Shown here: positions 12,143 to 25,599 of the stretch, one piece after another
How the letters are laid out: every line of letters starts with the position of its first letter
Position numbering within the stretch: the first letter of the stretch is position 1
Assembly (NCBI GenBank): GCA_951406725.2
Contig: OX597814.1
Location: 190,340,001 to 190,404,000, forward strand
Origin: Octopus vulgaris
Lineage: Eukaryota
Reading direction: 5' to 3'
DNA: 64,000 nucleotides
Notes under the pieces: model-generated
Seen by the model: only the letters and a program-made list of their open reading frames with translations
Database searches by the model: none
Told to the model about the DNA's origin: nothing
Made by a program: the position numbers and the translations under genes

Positions 12143-13736
12143 GTGCGTTACCATTTGTTACTATCAGAACAAGAACCAATGCTGACCATTTCTATATTAG
12201 ATGACTTAATGAGTTTGTTTATATTTCCTCTGTCAGTTAGTCTTTTTCTCTCTTTGATTAATTGATCGTATATATATATATGTATGCATACATGCATCAT
12301 AATTACTTATAGTGTGTTCAGTATATTTTCAGTGAAACTTATTCTGTGTAGTTAGAGATATCACCAAAAAAAAAAATGCAAAATAATAAATGTTAATTTT
12401 AGCAATTTCTTATAAAATAAATTGGACAAGGGTGATCATTGTATTCTTTCTTGTCTTGAGGTTCACAGCCAAACGGCTGGGTGGATTTGCATGAAAAATG
12501 GCACACATGTGAAGACAGGTGCACAGATTGGAATGCAGTTTGTATTTTTTTCCTAAACCCCATACTTATCGAGAAAATCGATTAAAAAATTCCCTCTTTC
12601 TTCTGCCATTAAAACAACCAGTTGCTTGGAAGCTGTTTTCTGACAAGGAGGGCTCAAGAAATTTTCATATAGCTGGAGGCTCCAATCGAAACAGGGGACC
12701 CGAAATGATAAGGTTGACAAGTGCTGTTATAGATTATGCCTAACTGAAAATGATCACAGCCAAATCATCCAAACAGACCGGGTGAAACCAGGCTTAGCTG
12801 CTAGTTTCTTATAAAATAAAAATGATGAACTTATTGTATACAGGGCTCAGGTGCACTACAATATCTTGTAAATATATTCTGTTGTGTCTGGGGAGAGTTA
12901 TTCTCTTTTAGTGCCTTATTATATTGTTTACTGAAATAGTTCTTCAAATAGCAAGCTATTATGCTTTGAAAAGAGTAGTAATACTTTTTTACTCTTTTAC
13001 TTGTTTCAGTCATTTGACTGTGGCTATGCTGGAGCACCGCCTTTAGTCGAGCAAATTGATGCTGGTGTGTTTATGTTTCCGTAACTAAGTGGTTCAGCAA
13101 AACAGACCGATAGAATAAGTCCTGGGGTCAATTTGCTCGACTAAAGGCGGTGCTCCAGCATGGCCGCAGTCAAATGACTGAAACAAGTAAAAGAGTAAAG
13201 TGTAAACAAACATCACTTTTGACAAAGTAATCCAACTGTTAAAGGGTTAATTATGACATAATTATTTTACTAAATTATTCATATTCTTCAGAATTAATTA
13301 AAATTGAAGCAATGAGTATTTCAACTGAGATATGGTAACAAAAGGGTTAATACACTAGATATTTCTTCTCTGTTTACCTGCAGTCTGTAACATTATTATC
13401 TCATCTTATTTAATATTCCGCTTAGGCATTGCAAGACTAATAACCTGATGTAGAATTCAATATATGTATGTTTCAGAACAAAGTATTAGATGAGTATAGA
13501 GCAGTAATAAGAAAAAGGGATGACACAGGAAAAACAATGGTTATGTTATGAACTTCATTAGCTTACAGCTGTTTCAGTTCTATCAGCAATGACTTTCTCA
13601 CTGGTGATGCCTTCCCTGTATATTGCAAAAATGTAATCCTTCTTTTTCCCAAATAAATTGCACTTCATATTCGAGGCTCCAATGAAGCTATAGGATGTTA
13701 TTTGGGCATTTAATGAGTCCACTGCATCCTCTAGCA

Positions 13737-14038
13737 CAGTGGTTCCCAACGTGGTTGGTATTGCCCCTCATGAAGGGGTTCCAAGGTGGCATTGAAGAAA
13801 AGTGGGGTGATTATGGGGGAGCAGTTCCTGTAAAAAGTAAGGCGATAATGGGATAGCAATTCATGTAAAAACAACAAAATAATGGATTCATTAGGTTAAG
13901 TTTTATTTGTGAAATACAGTTGCTTTGAATTTGCTGCAGAAAGTGGTCTATGTTTGTGATGGTTAGTTGGGTGGTGGCGCTAGGAATGTGGATTGGGTGT
14001 CAAGGGGGCAGCAGCCCGAAAAGTTTTGGGGACCACTA
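13737..14038. mobile_element. hAT/Charlie-like MITE remnant
   Basis: CAGTGGTTCCCAA ... TTGGGGACCACTA termini. Confidence 0.55.
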
Positions 14039-14142
14039 ACCACTGTTTTTTTTTTTTGTGTCATCCCTTTTTCTCATCTTCTTTGTATATTTTTACTTAC
14101 CGATGACAATTTTTATATCTTATTTTACTTTTCATTTTCTAG

Positions 14143-14217
14143 TATCGAATACTTCTTTATGTCACCAAAGAAAAGCAAGTGACCAATGTAACAATTACCA
14201 AGTCCTTTACTTTCACT
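14143..14217 (+). CDS. FKBP15: FKBP15 exon (YRILLYVTKEKQVTNVTITKSFTFT)
   Basis: ttctAG / GTAAGA; YRILLY motif. Confidence 0.93.
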
Positions 14218-14350
14218 GTAAGAAAACCAACACTTTCTTCACTTGTTCATTTTGATTCTTTACTAATACTAGATTATAAAAGTGCTTCATTAACTTATCT
14301 ATCATGATATAGTAATACTTAAAAGGAGATAGCTGTATATGTTGTCATAT

Positions 14351-14920
14351 CATCATCATCATTGTTTAACGTCTGCTTTCCATGCTAGCATGGGTTGGAC
14401 AATTTGACTGAGGACTGGCAAACCAGATGGCTGCACCAGGCTCCAATCTGATCTGGCAGAGTTTCTACAGCTGGATGCCCTTCCTAACGCCAACCACTCC
14501 GAGAGTGTAGTGGGTGCTTTTACGTGCCACTGGCACGAGGGCCAGTCAGGCGGTACTGGCAACGACCTTGCTCAAAAGGTGTTTTTTTATGTGCCACCTG
14601 CACTGGCAACGACCTCGCTCGAATGTTTTGTTCATGTGCCACTGGCACAAGTGTCAGTAAGGCGACGCTGGTAACAATCATGCTCAAATGGTGCTTTTTA
14701 CGTGCCACTGGCACAGAAGCAAGACAGCTGCTCTAGCAGTGATACCGCTTGGAAGAAGCTGTTAGCGCTCCACTGGCATGGGTGCCAGTCATTGAATTTG
14801 GTTCAATTTCGATTTCACTTGCCCCAACAGGTCTTCGCAAGCAGAGTTTAGTGTCCAATGAAGGAAGGTTGGCAGGGGTCCCAGTCGTCGAATTTGGTTC
14901 GATTTTGATTTCACTTGTCT
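14351..14920 (-). mobile_element. Repeat family B, long copy
   Basis: (CAT)n tail then core and multiple internal motif units. Confidence 0.82.
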
Positions 14921-16050
14921 CATCTGTAAAAAATATGTTGTGTATCAAATAAAAGTTTATTTTTCATAGTGAAGATCATCATCATCATTTAACATTGTCC
15001 TTCTCTGTTGACATGGGTTTGATGGTTTGACAGGATCTGGAAAGTCAGAAGACTGCACCAAGCTCTACTGTTGGTTTGGGGCATGGATTCTGCTGCTACT
15101 GTTGTTGTTAAGCAACAAGATGGGTAAGGGTGATTAGGTGATGGTCTAAGGCTTAGGGGCAGGAGACCCCAGACCTTGGGGGAAAAAAAAAAAACTTTGG
15201 TCGACTTGTAGTCGAGGGCTCTTCGTTGATGCCCGACACCACTGGGAGGTGGCCCTCGAAGTCGCTGGAAATGGAGATCTCCAGGTCCAAATTCTTGGAC
15301 GGCTCTGCTGCTACTGGATGCCCTTCCTAATGCCAATCATTTTACAGAGTGTACTGGGAGCTTTTTACATGGCATTAGTAGCAGTGCAGTCTCCGTGTAG
15401 CTTGCAAGACAAGACCCCCTCAACTCAAGGGTGAGTAGTATTGAGGGAAGTAGCTTTTGTGTCAAGTAATGAGAGGTAAGAGTATGAACAGAAGGACAGA
15501 AAAAGGTGTCTTGCTGTAGAGGAGATTCATGGTTACCTCTGCTGGGAAGAGAGATAGATAGTAGTACTTAAAAGGAGATAGCTGTGTATAAATGTTGCCA
15601 GCGCCACCTGATTGGCATCCATGTCAGTGACACGTAAAAGCACCAGCCGATTGTGGCCGTTTGCCAGCCTCCTGTGGCACGTAAAAAGCACCCACTACAC
15701 TCACGGAGTGGTTGGCGTTAGGAAGGGCATTCAGCTGTAGAAATACTGCCAGATCAGACTGGAGCCTGGTGCAGCCTCCTGGCTTCCCAGACCCCGATCG
15801 AACCGTCCAACCCATGCTGGCATGGAAAACGGACGTTAAACGATGATGATGATGATGATATCACTTGTAAGAAATGTGACGTTTCAAAAAGTTAATCTCA
15901 GAGATAAATATATTCAGCTTTCCCTTATCTAACATAAAAATTTTGATTATATGCTTTTTATAACTATTACTTGCTGTTTGTTTATAAGTTGTGTGTTTTC
16001 AAAATAATTCTACCAATGTTTTTTTTTTCTTTTTTTTCTTTCTTGTTTAG

Positions 16051-16149
16051 ATGCAACCAAATAACTATGCTATGTTCTATGATGCAGCGAAACAAGGTTG
16101 GTCAATTTTGTTCGAATCTGAACAAGTTGCTCATAAATTCGCGAAAGAA
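16051..16149 (+). CDS. FKBP15: FKBP15 exon (MQPNNYAMFYDAAKQGWSILFESEQVAHKFAKE)
   Basis: tttAG / GTAAGC; WH1-like region. Confidence 0.95.
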
Positions 16150-16312
16150 GTAAGCTCATTTCTTTTAACACAATTTTCTATTTGTTTTACTTGTAGCGAG
16201 ACTGCTTATAGCTATTTAGTATTGAGTCATTTAGTTCTAATTATTTAGTGTTGAGTCATTTAACTGAAGCATATTTTTTTTAATGGTGTTTTAATAAAAA
16301 TTTATTAACAAA

Positions 16313-17005
16313 GGCGTAGGAGTGGCTGTTTGGTAAGTAGCTTGCTTACGAACCACATGGTTCCGGGTTCAGTCCCACTGCGTGGCACCTTGGGCAAGTG
16401 TCTTCTACTATAGCTTCGGGCCAACCAAAGCCTTGTGAGCAGATTTGGTAGAAGGAAATTGAAAAAGAAGCCCATCGTATATATGTATGTGTATATATAT
16501 ACATCATCATCATCATCATCGTCGTTTAACGTCCGTTCTCCATGCTAGCATGGGTTGGACAGTTCGACCGGGGATCTGGGAAGCCAGAAGGCTGCACCAG
16601 GCTCCAGTCTTATCTGGCAGTGTTTCTACAGCTGGATGCCCTTCCTAACGCCAACCACTCCATGAGTGTAGTGGGTGCTTTTTACGTGCCACCTGCACAG
16701 GTGCCAGGCGAGGCTGGCAACGGCCACGGTCGGATTGGTGTATTTTATGTGCCACCGGCACGGAAGCCAGACGAGGCGGTGCTGGCATCGGCCACGAGTC
16801 GGATGGTGCTTTTTACGTACCACCAGACCAGGGATCCTGGCTGGTTCAATTCGATTTCGATTTCCCCAACATGTCTTCGCAAGCAAGGGGGTTGGCATGG
16901 GTGTGTGTGTATGTGTGTGTATATGCTTGTGTCTGTGTTTGTCTCCCCAACATCGCTTGACAACCGATGCTGGTGTGTTTACGTCCCCATAACTTAGCGG
17001 TTTGG
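16313..17005 (+). mobile_element. SINE-A interrupted at its microsatellite by a family B element (16503-16900, minus)
   Basis: The A 5' half and 3' half flank the B element. Confidence 0.85.
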
Positions 17006-17551
17006 CTATATGTAGGACAGTAATAAGGCCAAAGAAGACTTTGGAGAAGGACATTTCAATCAGATTGTAGAAAATTTGGCATCACAGTTGGGATGATGCA
17101 AGATAAGAAGAAATGAATTTATTTTGATATGTAGATTTTTATAGTCTATTTTAGCATGAGAAACAGGCATAAAATTGAAAATGATATTGGTGGGAGTGAA
17201 GATTCCTTGAAACAATGTTATCTTCTAAAGCTGTTCACCTTTGTGCTAGTGACCTTTTGTCTGTTGTTTGTTGCTGTACAATGTATCTAAATAAATATGC
17301 TACAGACCCAATACAGAGAAATATAAAGAAATTCATGACATTGATTTCTTTTTCCTTTATTTCACTTTGTATATGTGTGTGTGTGTGTGTATATGTCTTC
17401 TGCTCTTCATGGCATTCATAGTCCAGCCTCTTGTGTCTGATTCAAGTGTTTGTAACTGAGTAAGCTGTGTTGAAGTCTCTCATTAGTCAAATAGGAACTT
17501 TTTTTTTTTACAGTTTACTGTTTAATTTTATTCTGTATTACCATACACACG

Positions 17552-17810
17552 TGGAGGCGTGTGGCTTAGTGGTTAGGGTGTCAGCATCATGATCGTAAGA
17601 TTGTGGTTTCAGTTCTTGGACTGAGCGACGCATTGTGTTCTTGAGCAAAACATTTCATTTCACGTTGCTCCAGTCCACTCAGCTGGCAAAAATGAGTAAT
17701 GCTGTGATAGACTGGTGTCCCGCCCAGCTGGGGAACACATACACCATAGAAACCGGGCCCATGAGCCTGGCTAGGCTTTAAAAAAGGGTGCATTTATTTT
17801 TTTTTTTATT
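17552..17810 (+). mobile_element. tRNA-derived SINE family D (V-domain-like GATGGACTGGCGTCCCGTCCAG motif); other copies at about 10590-10830 and 36935-37193 (minus)
   Basis: TGGCTTAGTGGTTAG A-box; three copies. Confidence 0.75.
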
Positions 17811-17952
17811 ACCATACACACAGTCTTAGTTGCAGGTAATTTAGTGATTTGGTGATTGAAACTATACATTTCTGAACAGTTCTCATTGATGTAGATTTAT
17901 AAGTATACAGTAAGATTGTAATAGCTGTTTCTTGAATAACCTACACAAATGT

Positions 17953-18122
17953 AGGCGTAGGAGTGGCTGTGTGGTAAGTAGCTTGCTTACGAACCACATG
18001 GTTCCGGGTTCAGTCCCACTGCGTGGCACTTTGGGCAAGTGTCTTCTACTATAACCTCAGGCCGACCAAAGCCTTGTGAGTGGATTTGGTAGACGGAAAC
18101 TGAAAGAAGCGCATCATATGTA

Positions 18123-18166
<44 letters not shown>

Positions 18167-18370
18167 TGTGTGTCTGTGTTTGTCCCTCTAACATCACTTG
18201 ACAACCGATGCTGGTGTGTTTATGCCCCTGTAACTTAACGGTTCAGCAAAAGAGACTGATAGAATAAGTACCAGGCTTACAAAGAATAAGTCCTGGGGTC
18301 GATTTGCCCGACTAAAGGTGGTGCTCCAGCATAATCACAGTCAGATGACTGAAACAAGTAAAAGAGAGTA
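17953..18370 (+). mobile_element. SINE family A
   Basis: Full-length. Confidence 0.88.
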
Positions 18371-18722
18371 TTTCTGAGATATTTCGGAAACAAACAAGCA
18401 TCTTCTAGAGGTTTAGTATTATTAAGATTATTTTTTAAGGCTTTATATGAAGGAATTAATGGCTCTGATGATGAGGTACCTGCTGAAAGGTTATCAGTGC
18501 AAATCCAGTGACAAGCAATGCATTGTACTCTGAGATTGAGCAGATTGCTTTAAGCTTTTTGTTACATTTCTGTGGAAATATAACTGCATTTATTTCAAAT
18601 AATTTTGAAAATACTGAAGAATTTAATAGAATATCCTTTTCATTATTATACTGGTGCTTGCAACATGAATCAACATTTTGATGGCAGGTTTTAATTTAGA
18701 TAATTTTAAAACAAGAAGTTTG

Positions 18723-19134
18723 GGATCTTTTCAGTTTGAACGGCAGTTTTTTTTAGCGGTGTCATATGAAATTGTCACCCATAATTATGACCCTGGTATC
18801 GATCTATTGCATTTCAATCTGTTTTAGGGTTAGGCTTAGAGTTAGTGGGGAAGGGTATCTTTTTTTCTTCAGGAATGTAAATAAACCCAATCTGTTTCTT
18901 AAACGAGGGACATATTCATACGGCACAGAATGTTTTCACCTCAATAGACGTCATTGATTGGTTGAAATTGCAGAAATTGTAGAAAAAAAAATATCTTACA
19001 AACTATAGAATTTTCTCAATAAAGCCAAGAGAAAAAGATGTTTTATAAACACACTCTACCAGTATACGAAGTTTAAAAGTGTTTAGTTACGTGGATATTA
19101 TTTGAAAATACTGCCGGTCAAACCGAAAAGATCC
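18723..19134 (+). mobile_element. Merlin-like MITE copy 1
   Basis: TIR GGATCTTTTCRGTTTGAACGGCAG; 8-bp TSD GAAGTTTG. Confidence 0.9.
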
Positions 19135-19368
19135 GAAGTTTGTGGTATGGAACCAGAGGCAGTCTCAAGCAGTTTAGTTGCAAAGAGGCTAATATGTTCC
19201 CTGCCACCTACAAGGTTTTGAATAGGAAGATAGTGAAAATTATCTAATTATAATTCTTTAGTAACAATATCCGACCTGTTCACTTTTGAAAACAGATATA
19301 AGGAAGTTTTTTTTAAGCAATAACAAAGACAAATTTTTTTTTAATTCAATTCTAAACTTTTATTTCAG

Positions 19369-19521
19369 ATTGCCATTGCCAAATCAAAATCATGTGATGG
19401 TGCCTTAGATACTGTAATTATCCAGGATTTGGTTCATGGAGAAGGCAATCCATTAGAGACTGGTGACTCTGCAGAAGTGAAATATACTGGATGGTTACTT
19501 ACTAATAAAAAACTTGGACAG
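19369..19521 (+). CDS. FKBP15: FKBP15 exon, start of FKBP domain (IAIAKSK...GDSAEVKYTGWLLTNKKLGQ)
   Basis: ttcAG / GTATGT; 51 codons; VKYTGWL motif. Confidence 0.95.
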
Positions 19522-19890
19522 GTATGTGTCGGTGTCTGATGAAAAATCTCAGATTATTCCTTCTCATCTTATTGTCTTCATGTATTGATTGACTATTTGA
19601 TTTTAACCAACCTATCATGGAACATTTTCAACAAATTTTTAATTTTATAATCAAGATACTATTGTTGACAGAAATAATTGTAGTATTTATTCCACCCTTT
19701 TAAGTTGAGTTAAAATCTCAGAGGTCAACTTTGACATTTATCTTAAAGTACCAAGCATTTACAAGGATACATAAAATCAGCTAACTCCACTTCTCACTCA
19801 AATTTCTGGCCTTGTGACTCCATGAGAAACAATTATTATTGTATGTCTTCACAATCAAGGTTAACTATCACACTCAGTTTTAGTGATATT

Positions 19891-19948
19891 ACTAAGGCTT
19901 ATATCATTTACTAAGGCTTATATCATATTACTAAGGCTTATATCATTT
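19891..19948. repeat. Short tandem repeat, 3 x 19-20 bp
   Basis: ACTAAGGCTTATATCATTT x3. Confidence 0.9.
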
Positions 19949-20239
19949 ACAAATGAAGTTCAGTGCTTAGTCAGGAGTATATAATATAACATTGGATGAG
20001 GTTTGTAACAGTTTTATTGAGGAAATGAGAAACAAATATGCTTTTCATATGAAACTAAATAGTACGATATTGGTGTCTAACCAATCTACAGTGTACTGTT
20101 ACAATGTTTTGCTTTTTTCTCTCTCCTTGAGCCATTTGCTCTAACCCTTTTGTTACTGTTGTATTTCTTTTAAAATACACTACTTATGTTTCAATTTATT
20201 TTGAAAATAATGAAAAAATTTAGTAAAATAATTTTGTTT

Positions 20240-20723
20240 CAAAATCGAAATCAAATTCGATGACTGGTATCTGTGCTAGTGGAGCGCTAAGAGCACCATC
20301 CGAGCATGATCGTTGCCAGAGCAGCTAACTGGCTTCCATGCCGGTGGCACGTAAAAAGCACCATTTGAGCGTGATCGCTACCAGCATTGCTTTATTGGCA
20401 CTTGTGATAGTGGCACGTGAGAAAACATTCAAACAAGGTAATTGCCAGTGCCGCTGGACTGGCTCCTGTGCAGGTGGCATGTAAAAAACACCATTTGAGC
20501 GTGGCCATTGCCAGTACTGCCTGACTGGCCCTCATGCCAGTGGCACGTAAAAGCACCCACTACACTCTCGGAGTGGTTGGCGTTAGGAAGGGCATCCAGC
20601 TGTAGAAACTCTGCCAGATCAGATTGGAGCCTGGTGCAGCCATCTGGTTCGCCAGTCCCCAGTCAAATCGACCAACCCATGCTAGCATGGAAAATGGACA
20701 TTGAACAATGATGATGATGATGA
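20240..20723 (+). mobile_element. Repeat family B
   Basis: Same core and tail. Confidence 0.82.
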
Positions 20724-21105
20724 TAAGCTGGTATTTCAAGCATAAATTAACATGAAATTCTGATGGTAGATTTTAATGTAAATCACTCAGAAACAGGAAG
20801 TTTGTATCATAGAACCAGGGGTGTTCTTGGGTGCATTGAAATAAGCCAAAAGAATGAGCCAAAGTTCAGTTTGATAGGGATATTCTCCTTTTGTTCATTT
20901 CAATAAATATGATATTACACTGGACAAACACACGATCACAGAAAAATAGGATAGATAAGTTGTACTCTTACTCACAGATTGTTTCAATATTCACAGCACA
21001 CCACAGGATTAATCAGTGTTATTTATACCTTTCTTTTTCATTAATATAATCTATTTTATAGTTCCAATGTATACAATAATATTGTCACCTCTTATCTTTC
21101 ATCAG

Positions 21106-21174
21106 GTGTTTGATTCCAATGTCAATACAGATAAACAATTTCGGTTCAAAGTTGGCAAAGGAAAAGTTATTAAG
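21106..21174 (+). CDS. FKBP15: FKBP15 exon, FKBP domain (VFDSNVNTDKQFRFKVGKGKVIK)
   Basis: atcAG / GTAAGT; FDS and VIK motifs. Confidence 0.95.
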
Positions 21175-21351
21175 GTAAGTCATTATAACCATAGAACTTC
21201 TCAAATGCATATGACACATTAAGCATCCGCATTTTCTAATATTATCATGGTTTGGATACAGCCAAATACAGCTGTTGGTGTCTTTTTACTCTAAGGATTG
21301 AAAGTATCTTATTTTCACTTCTATTTACATATCAATAAGTCTCACTTTGTG

Positions 21352-21690
21352 AAGGCGCATGGCTCAGTGGTTAGAGCATCAAGCTTACGATCGTGAGGTT
21401 GTGAGCTCGAATCCCAGACCAGGCTGTGTGTTGTGTTCTTGAGCAAGACACTTTATTTCACGTTGCTCCAGTTCACTCAGCTGTAGAAATGAGAGTTGCT
21501 ACATCACAGGTGCCAAGCTGTATTGGCCTTTGCTTTCCCTTGGGTAACATCTGTGGCATGGAGAGGGGAGGCTGGTGTGCATGGGCGACTGCTGGTCTTC
21601 CATAAACAACCTTGCCCAGACTTGTGCCTCAGAGGGTAAACTTTCTAGGTGCAAGCCCATGGTCAGTGTCTGACTGAAGGGGGTCTCAGG
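21352..21690 (+). mobile_element. tRNA-derived SINE family E; other copies at about 47596-47810 and 55880-56170
   Basis: TGGCTCAGTGGTTAG A-box; three copies. Confidence 0.75.
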
Positions 21691-22217
21691 CTCAAGTCTT
21701 ACTTTACTTTATTAAGTTTTTTTTTTTTACTGCCTCATGAGCTCAATCCTCACTAGAGTGAGTGACTTTGCCTTTCATCACTCCATAAAAATAAAGATCA
21801 GAGTATGGTACGTTTGATCCAGTTAACTATATTAACCTCTAGCTTGAGGAAGAAATCAATATTTGTTTCAGAAAATTTTACCCAGTGGAGTACATTTGTT
21901 TATTTATGATTATTATTTGTACCAGTATTACACCACCGAAAACTGAATTTACTTTCCTCATAAACTTTATTTCAATCTTGGCTTTCATTTAGCTGCTGTT
22001 AGGCTTCATACAATGAAAGTATTTTTAATGACTCAATATGAAGATAAAAGTGTGAACTGTTCCAACCAAATGGCAGCATAACACAACATCTACCACTCTC
22101 CTTGGTCACAAACAGCCAACACGACTTTCCTAAAATATTGTTGAGAAATCTGTTGACATCTTTTTTCAACTATCTAACACATTTACTAAATATCAGTGTC
22201 CTTGCTAGAACTTATTC

Positions 22218-22276
<59 letters not shown>

Positions 22277-22681
22277 TTCATTCTTGCATCTGTGGAACAT
22301 TAAAAGCATATAAAACATCTGATGTCTAAGTTTCAGATATTAAATCTTCTAATGATGGAATCAATTTGTACATTTTCTACAAAAATGTTGTCAAAGGCTG
22401 CTACTATATTTGAAATGTCTTTGATCAATCACCGTAAGTCTTTCTTTTTTTCCAGAAAAAGTCATTTCAATATAGAAATCATCCTCATCATCATTATCAT
22501 TTAATGTCTATCTTCAATGCTGGCATAGGTTGGATGGTTTCACATGATCTAATGGGTCCAGGGACTGTATCTTGCTCCAATGTCTGTTTAGGCATGGTTG
22601 GATGCCCTTCCTAATGCCAAATAAAAGGCAATAAAAGCCTCTTACCTCTGTAGAGTTGTAGAAATCTAAATTTACTCAATA

Positions 22682-23070
22682 CTAGCAGTATCACCCAGCG
22701 TTGCTCGGGTTTGTTTCGACCCTTTACAATTGGAATTTTTGAAAAGTAAAAATTTTGCATTATGTAGCTTGTTATTCTCTTTAAGTGAACATTTTTCTGG
22801 TTGAAATACACCGAAAAATGGCAACACAGCAGTCAAAAAATCGTAAAAAATTGGGATTTTCATAGAAAAAAAGCACCTTTTGATGTAAATAATTTTTGGT
22901 GTTAACATGGTCTGATTTGAATTTTTTCTTCCATGGAAGGAAGAGCAAGCCTTCTTCTATCATACTCTCAATTTTGGTCAACTTGCACTGCAGGGTCTTG
23001 GAGGAGATAGTGTTAGTTGAAGGCTACCAAACCTGCCACACACTGACAACTTCAGCTTTATATATAGAGA
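22682..23070 (-). mobile_element. Non-autonomous Helitron, family 1
   Basis: Near-identical to 3393-3789; A|TC ... CTAG|T ends. Confidence 0.8.
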
Positions 23071-23479
23071 TTTCAACTTTCTCCACCCACTAAACTTGAA
23101 CTAAGCATTTTGAAATGAGAATTTGTCTAAACAACACCAAGTGTACAAGAATATGTAGGCTCTGACATTCAGATCCTTCAATAAACTATTGACAGTAGAT
23201 AAGGTCATGACAGTTTTGTTTTACACTCTGTTAGCTTTCTTAACTAATCATCACTCTAATAACCTTCTTCCTTTGAAGATTATGGTCCTTTATTTTGTAA
23301 TACTGTTAAATCAGTGAAAATTTTAATATCTAATATAATTTTGTCTGGAAATTTACATGAAACTTTCAAAAGCTATAATTTGATGTTCTCAAAGTCTTTC
23401 AGCAAAAACAAGTTCTACACCTCATGCAAAGTGCCCCAACTAATAATCAGACAAATAGGTTGTGATATTCTTTTCTTTT

Positions 23480-23900
23480 TCTTTACTCTTTTTCCTTGTT
23501 TCAGTCAGTTGACTGTGGCCATGCTGGAGCATCGCCTTGAAGGGTTTTAGTTGAACAAATGGACCCCATGACTTATTTTTTTTTTAAAGCCTAGTACTTA
23601 TTCAATCGGTCTCTTTTGCCGAAATGCTAAGTTATGGGAACGTAAACACACCAACGCCTGTTGTCAAGTGATAATGAGGGGACAAACACAGACACAAAGG
23701 CACGCACATAGATATATATATATATATAAATATATACAACGGGCTTCTTTCAGTTTCTATCCACCATATCCACTCAGAAGGCTTTGGCTGGCCCGAAGCT
23801 ATATAGTAGAAAACACTTGCCCAAGGTATCACGCAGCGAGACTGAACCCAGAGCCATGTGGTTGGGAAGCAAGCTTCTTACCTCACAGCCATACTTACAC
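23480..23900 (-). mobile_element. SINE family A
   Basis: Similarity to the other copies. Confidence 0.82.
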
Positions 23901-25096
23901 CTACTGTAGAGGATAGCACAATATTTCAAAGAGAAACCATAAACGCCAAAACTTTAAATATTGCCATTTACAACTCGCAAGAAATTTCAATGGTCCTTTG
24001 TAGCATCCTTTTTAAAATCATTGTTTTAATTATTGTCACTGGCCTTAGTTACCTCCCTTGCTTAAATATTTCAATTACACGATAGGACACATGCCCACTG
24101 TTAGTGGAGAATTGTTTGTTCTAGTCTTAACAAAATGAATAATTTAGCAAATTTATGAAAATATATTAAAAAAAATAGAATAGACAAAATAAACATTAAC
24201 CATATAAATACCTTTCAATGGGCATAGATTACGATTATAAAGAAATTTGTGGAAAATTTTTTTCCGTGCTGGTGTGGAGAGGACTTTCGGGAAATTCAAA
24301 GGATCTGATTTTTTCCCTCATAACTTTTAGGTAAATGGATATCTTTTAATAAAACTTTATATAAATACCTTTCGAACGACATAGATTACGATTATAAAGA
24401 AATTTCGGTTGGGAAATTTTTTTCTGAGGGAGTGGGGTGAGGACTTTCGAAGGTTATGGGGGAGTCGTTCGTAATTTCCGACATCTAAAACCTAGGAATT
24501 CAAAGGAATTTTTTTTCAGAAAAATGCATTTTTGAAGGTGAGGTGCGGAACTGCATTAGCCCCTGTTTTTCGTTTCAGTAATAGATAAAAGTGGCGATCT
24601 TTCGACTCCCACCCACCCATTTTCTCCTAAATTTATTTTTTTGTAATTATTTCCCCCCCCCCCCAAAAAAAAAATCCCTGTTTTCGGATACGGAGGTTCC
24701 GGAAAATTCCCCAAAATCGGCATTGTGAACCCACCCCCACCCCAGCTTCTTCAATTTTGATTTTTTTTTTTCCCCAACACTAACCGTAAGTACAGAAATG
24801 TTTTGAAAGTTTTGTCCGAATCATGATGTCCGTATTTTTCCGCATATTTAGAGAAAAAAAATTTACAAAGATTTTTGGAATTTTTTTCAAAACATAATCT
24901 CCGTATTTGGAAAGTAAAATGAATCATGTCAAATATAACATGACATAGAGAACAAACTTAGCCATTTTTTCTGTCTCTAATGGTGCGTGACGAGTAGCAA
25001 GATGCTGTGAAATCAGTCCAGTTCATGCCGACATGAAAAAAATGGATATACTATGATGATAACGATGAATCAGTAGATTTTACTGAAAACTTAGTA

Positions 25097-25382
25097 GGGT
25101 CATTTCTTTTTGAACGGCACATGTCAACACAATTTCAGTTAACTAAACACTTTTAAACTTCGTATACTGGTAGAATGTGTTTATAAAACATCATTTTTTC
25201 TTGGCTTTATTGAGAAAATTCTATATGTTGTAACATATTTCCACTTTAATTTCGAGCATTTCGGCAATTTTAACCAATCGCTGACCTCCATTTAGGTAAA
25301 CAACATTCCGTGCTGTATGAATATGTCCCTCGTTTAAGAAACAGATTGGGTTTATTTACATTTGCGAAGAAAAAAAGATAAC
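25097..25382 (-). mobile_element. Putative 3' terminus of the Merlin element, homologous to the right half of the GGATC-MITEs
   Basis: GGGTCATTTCTTTTTGAACGGCAC matches the MITE TIR at 19/24, followed by about 260 bp resembling the reverse complement of the MITE body. Confidence 0.7.
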
Positions 25383-25599
25383 AGCCAAATCTCACAAAAC
25401 TGCGATAACATAATGTAAGAAATGTGTAATCAATCTACTCACCTTTCTGCAAAGATTTCTTTCAGAATAATTTCCCGCAGTAACATGACAAAGTGAAATT
25501 AAAGTTTAGTTTTTTTTTTTCTTTCTTTCTTTCTTTGGAAAGTTACAAAAAAGTATGAGTTTTGTCGAGAAGTGTGTTCGAGGAAGCCTCGCCGGTGGA

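Noticed and set aside
13558-13610. Minus-strand GAAACAGCTGTAAG identical to the 3' half of hammerhead motif 1
   Set aside because: No intact CUGANGA box or helix II upstream; at most a dead remnant.
14520-14720. Regularly spaced GTGCCAC/GGTGGCACGTAAAA motifs resembling a CRISPR array
   Set aside because: Internal tandem units of repeat family B; the spacers are related to each other, the context is eukaryotic and there are no cas genes.
17552-17630. tRNA-like sequences with A and B boxes (also 21352, 28752, 49310)
   Set aside because: They are SINE heads followed by repeat bodies and lack a complete cloverleaf.
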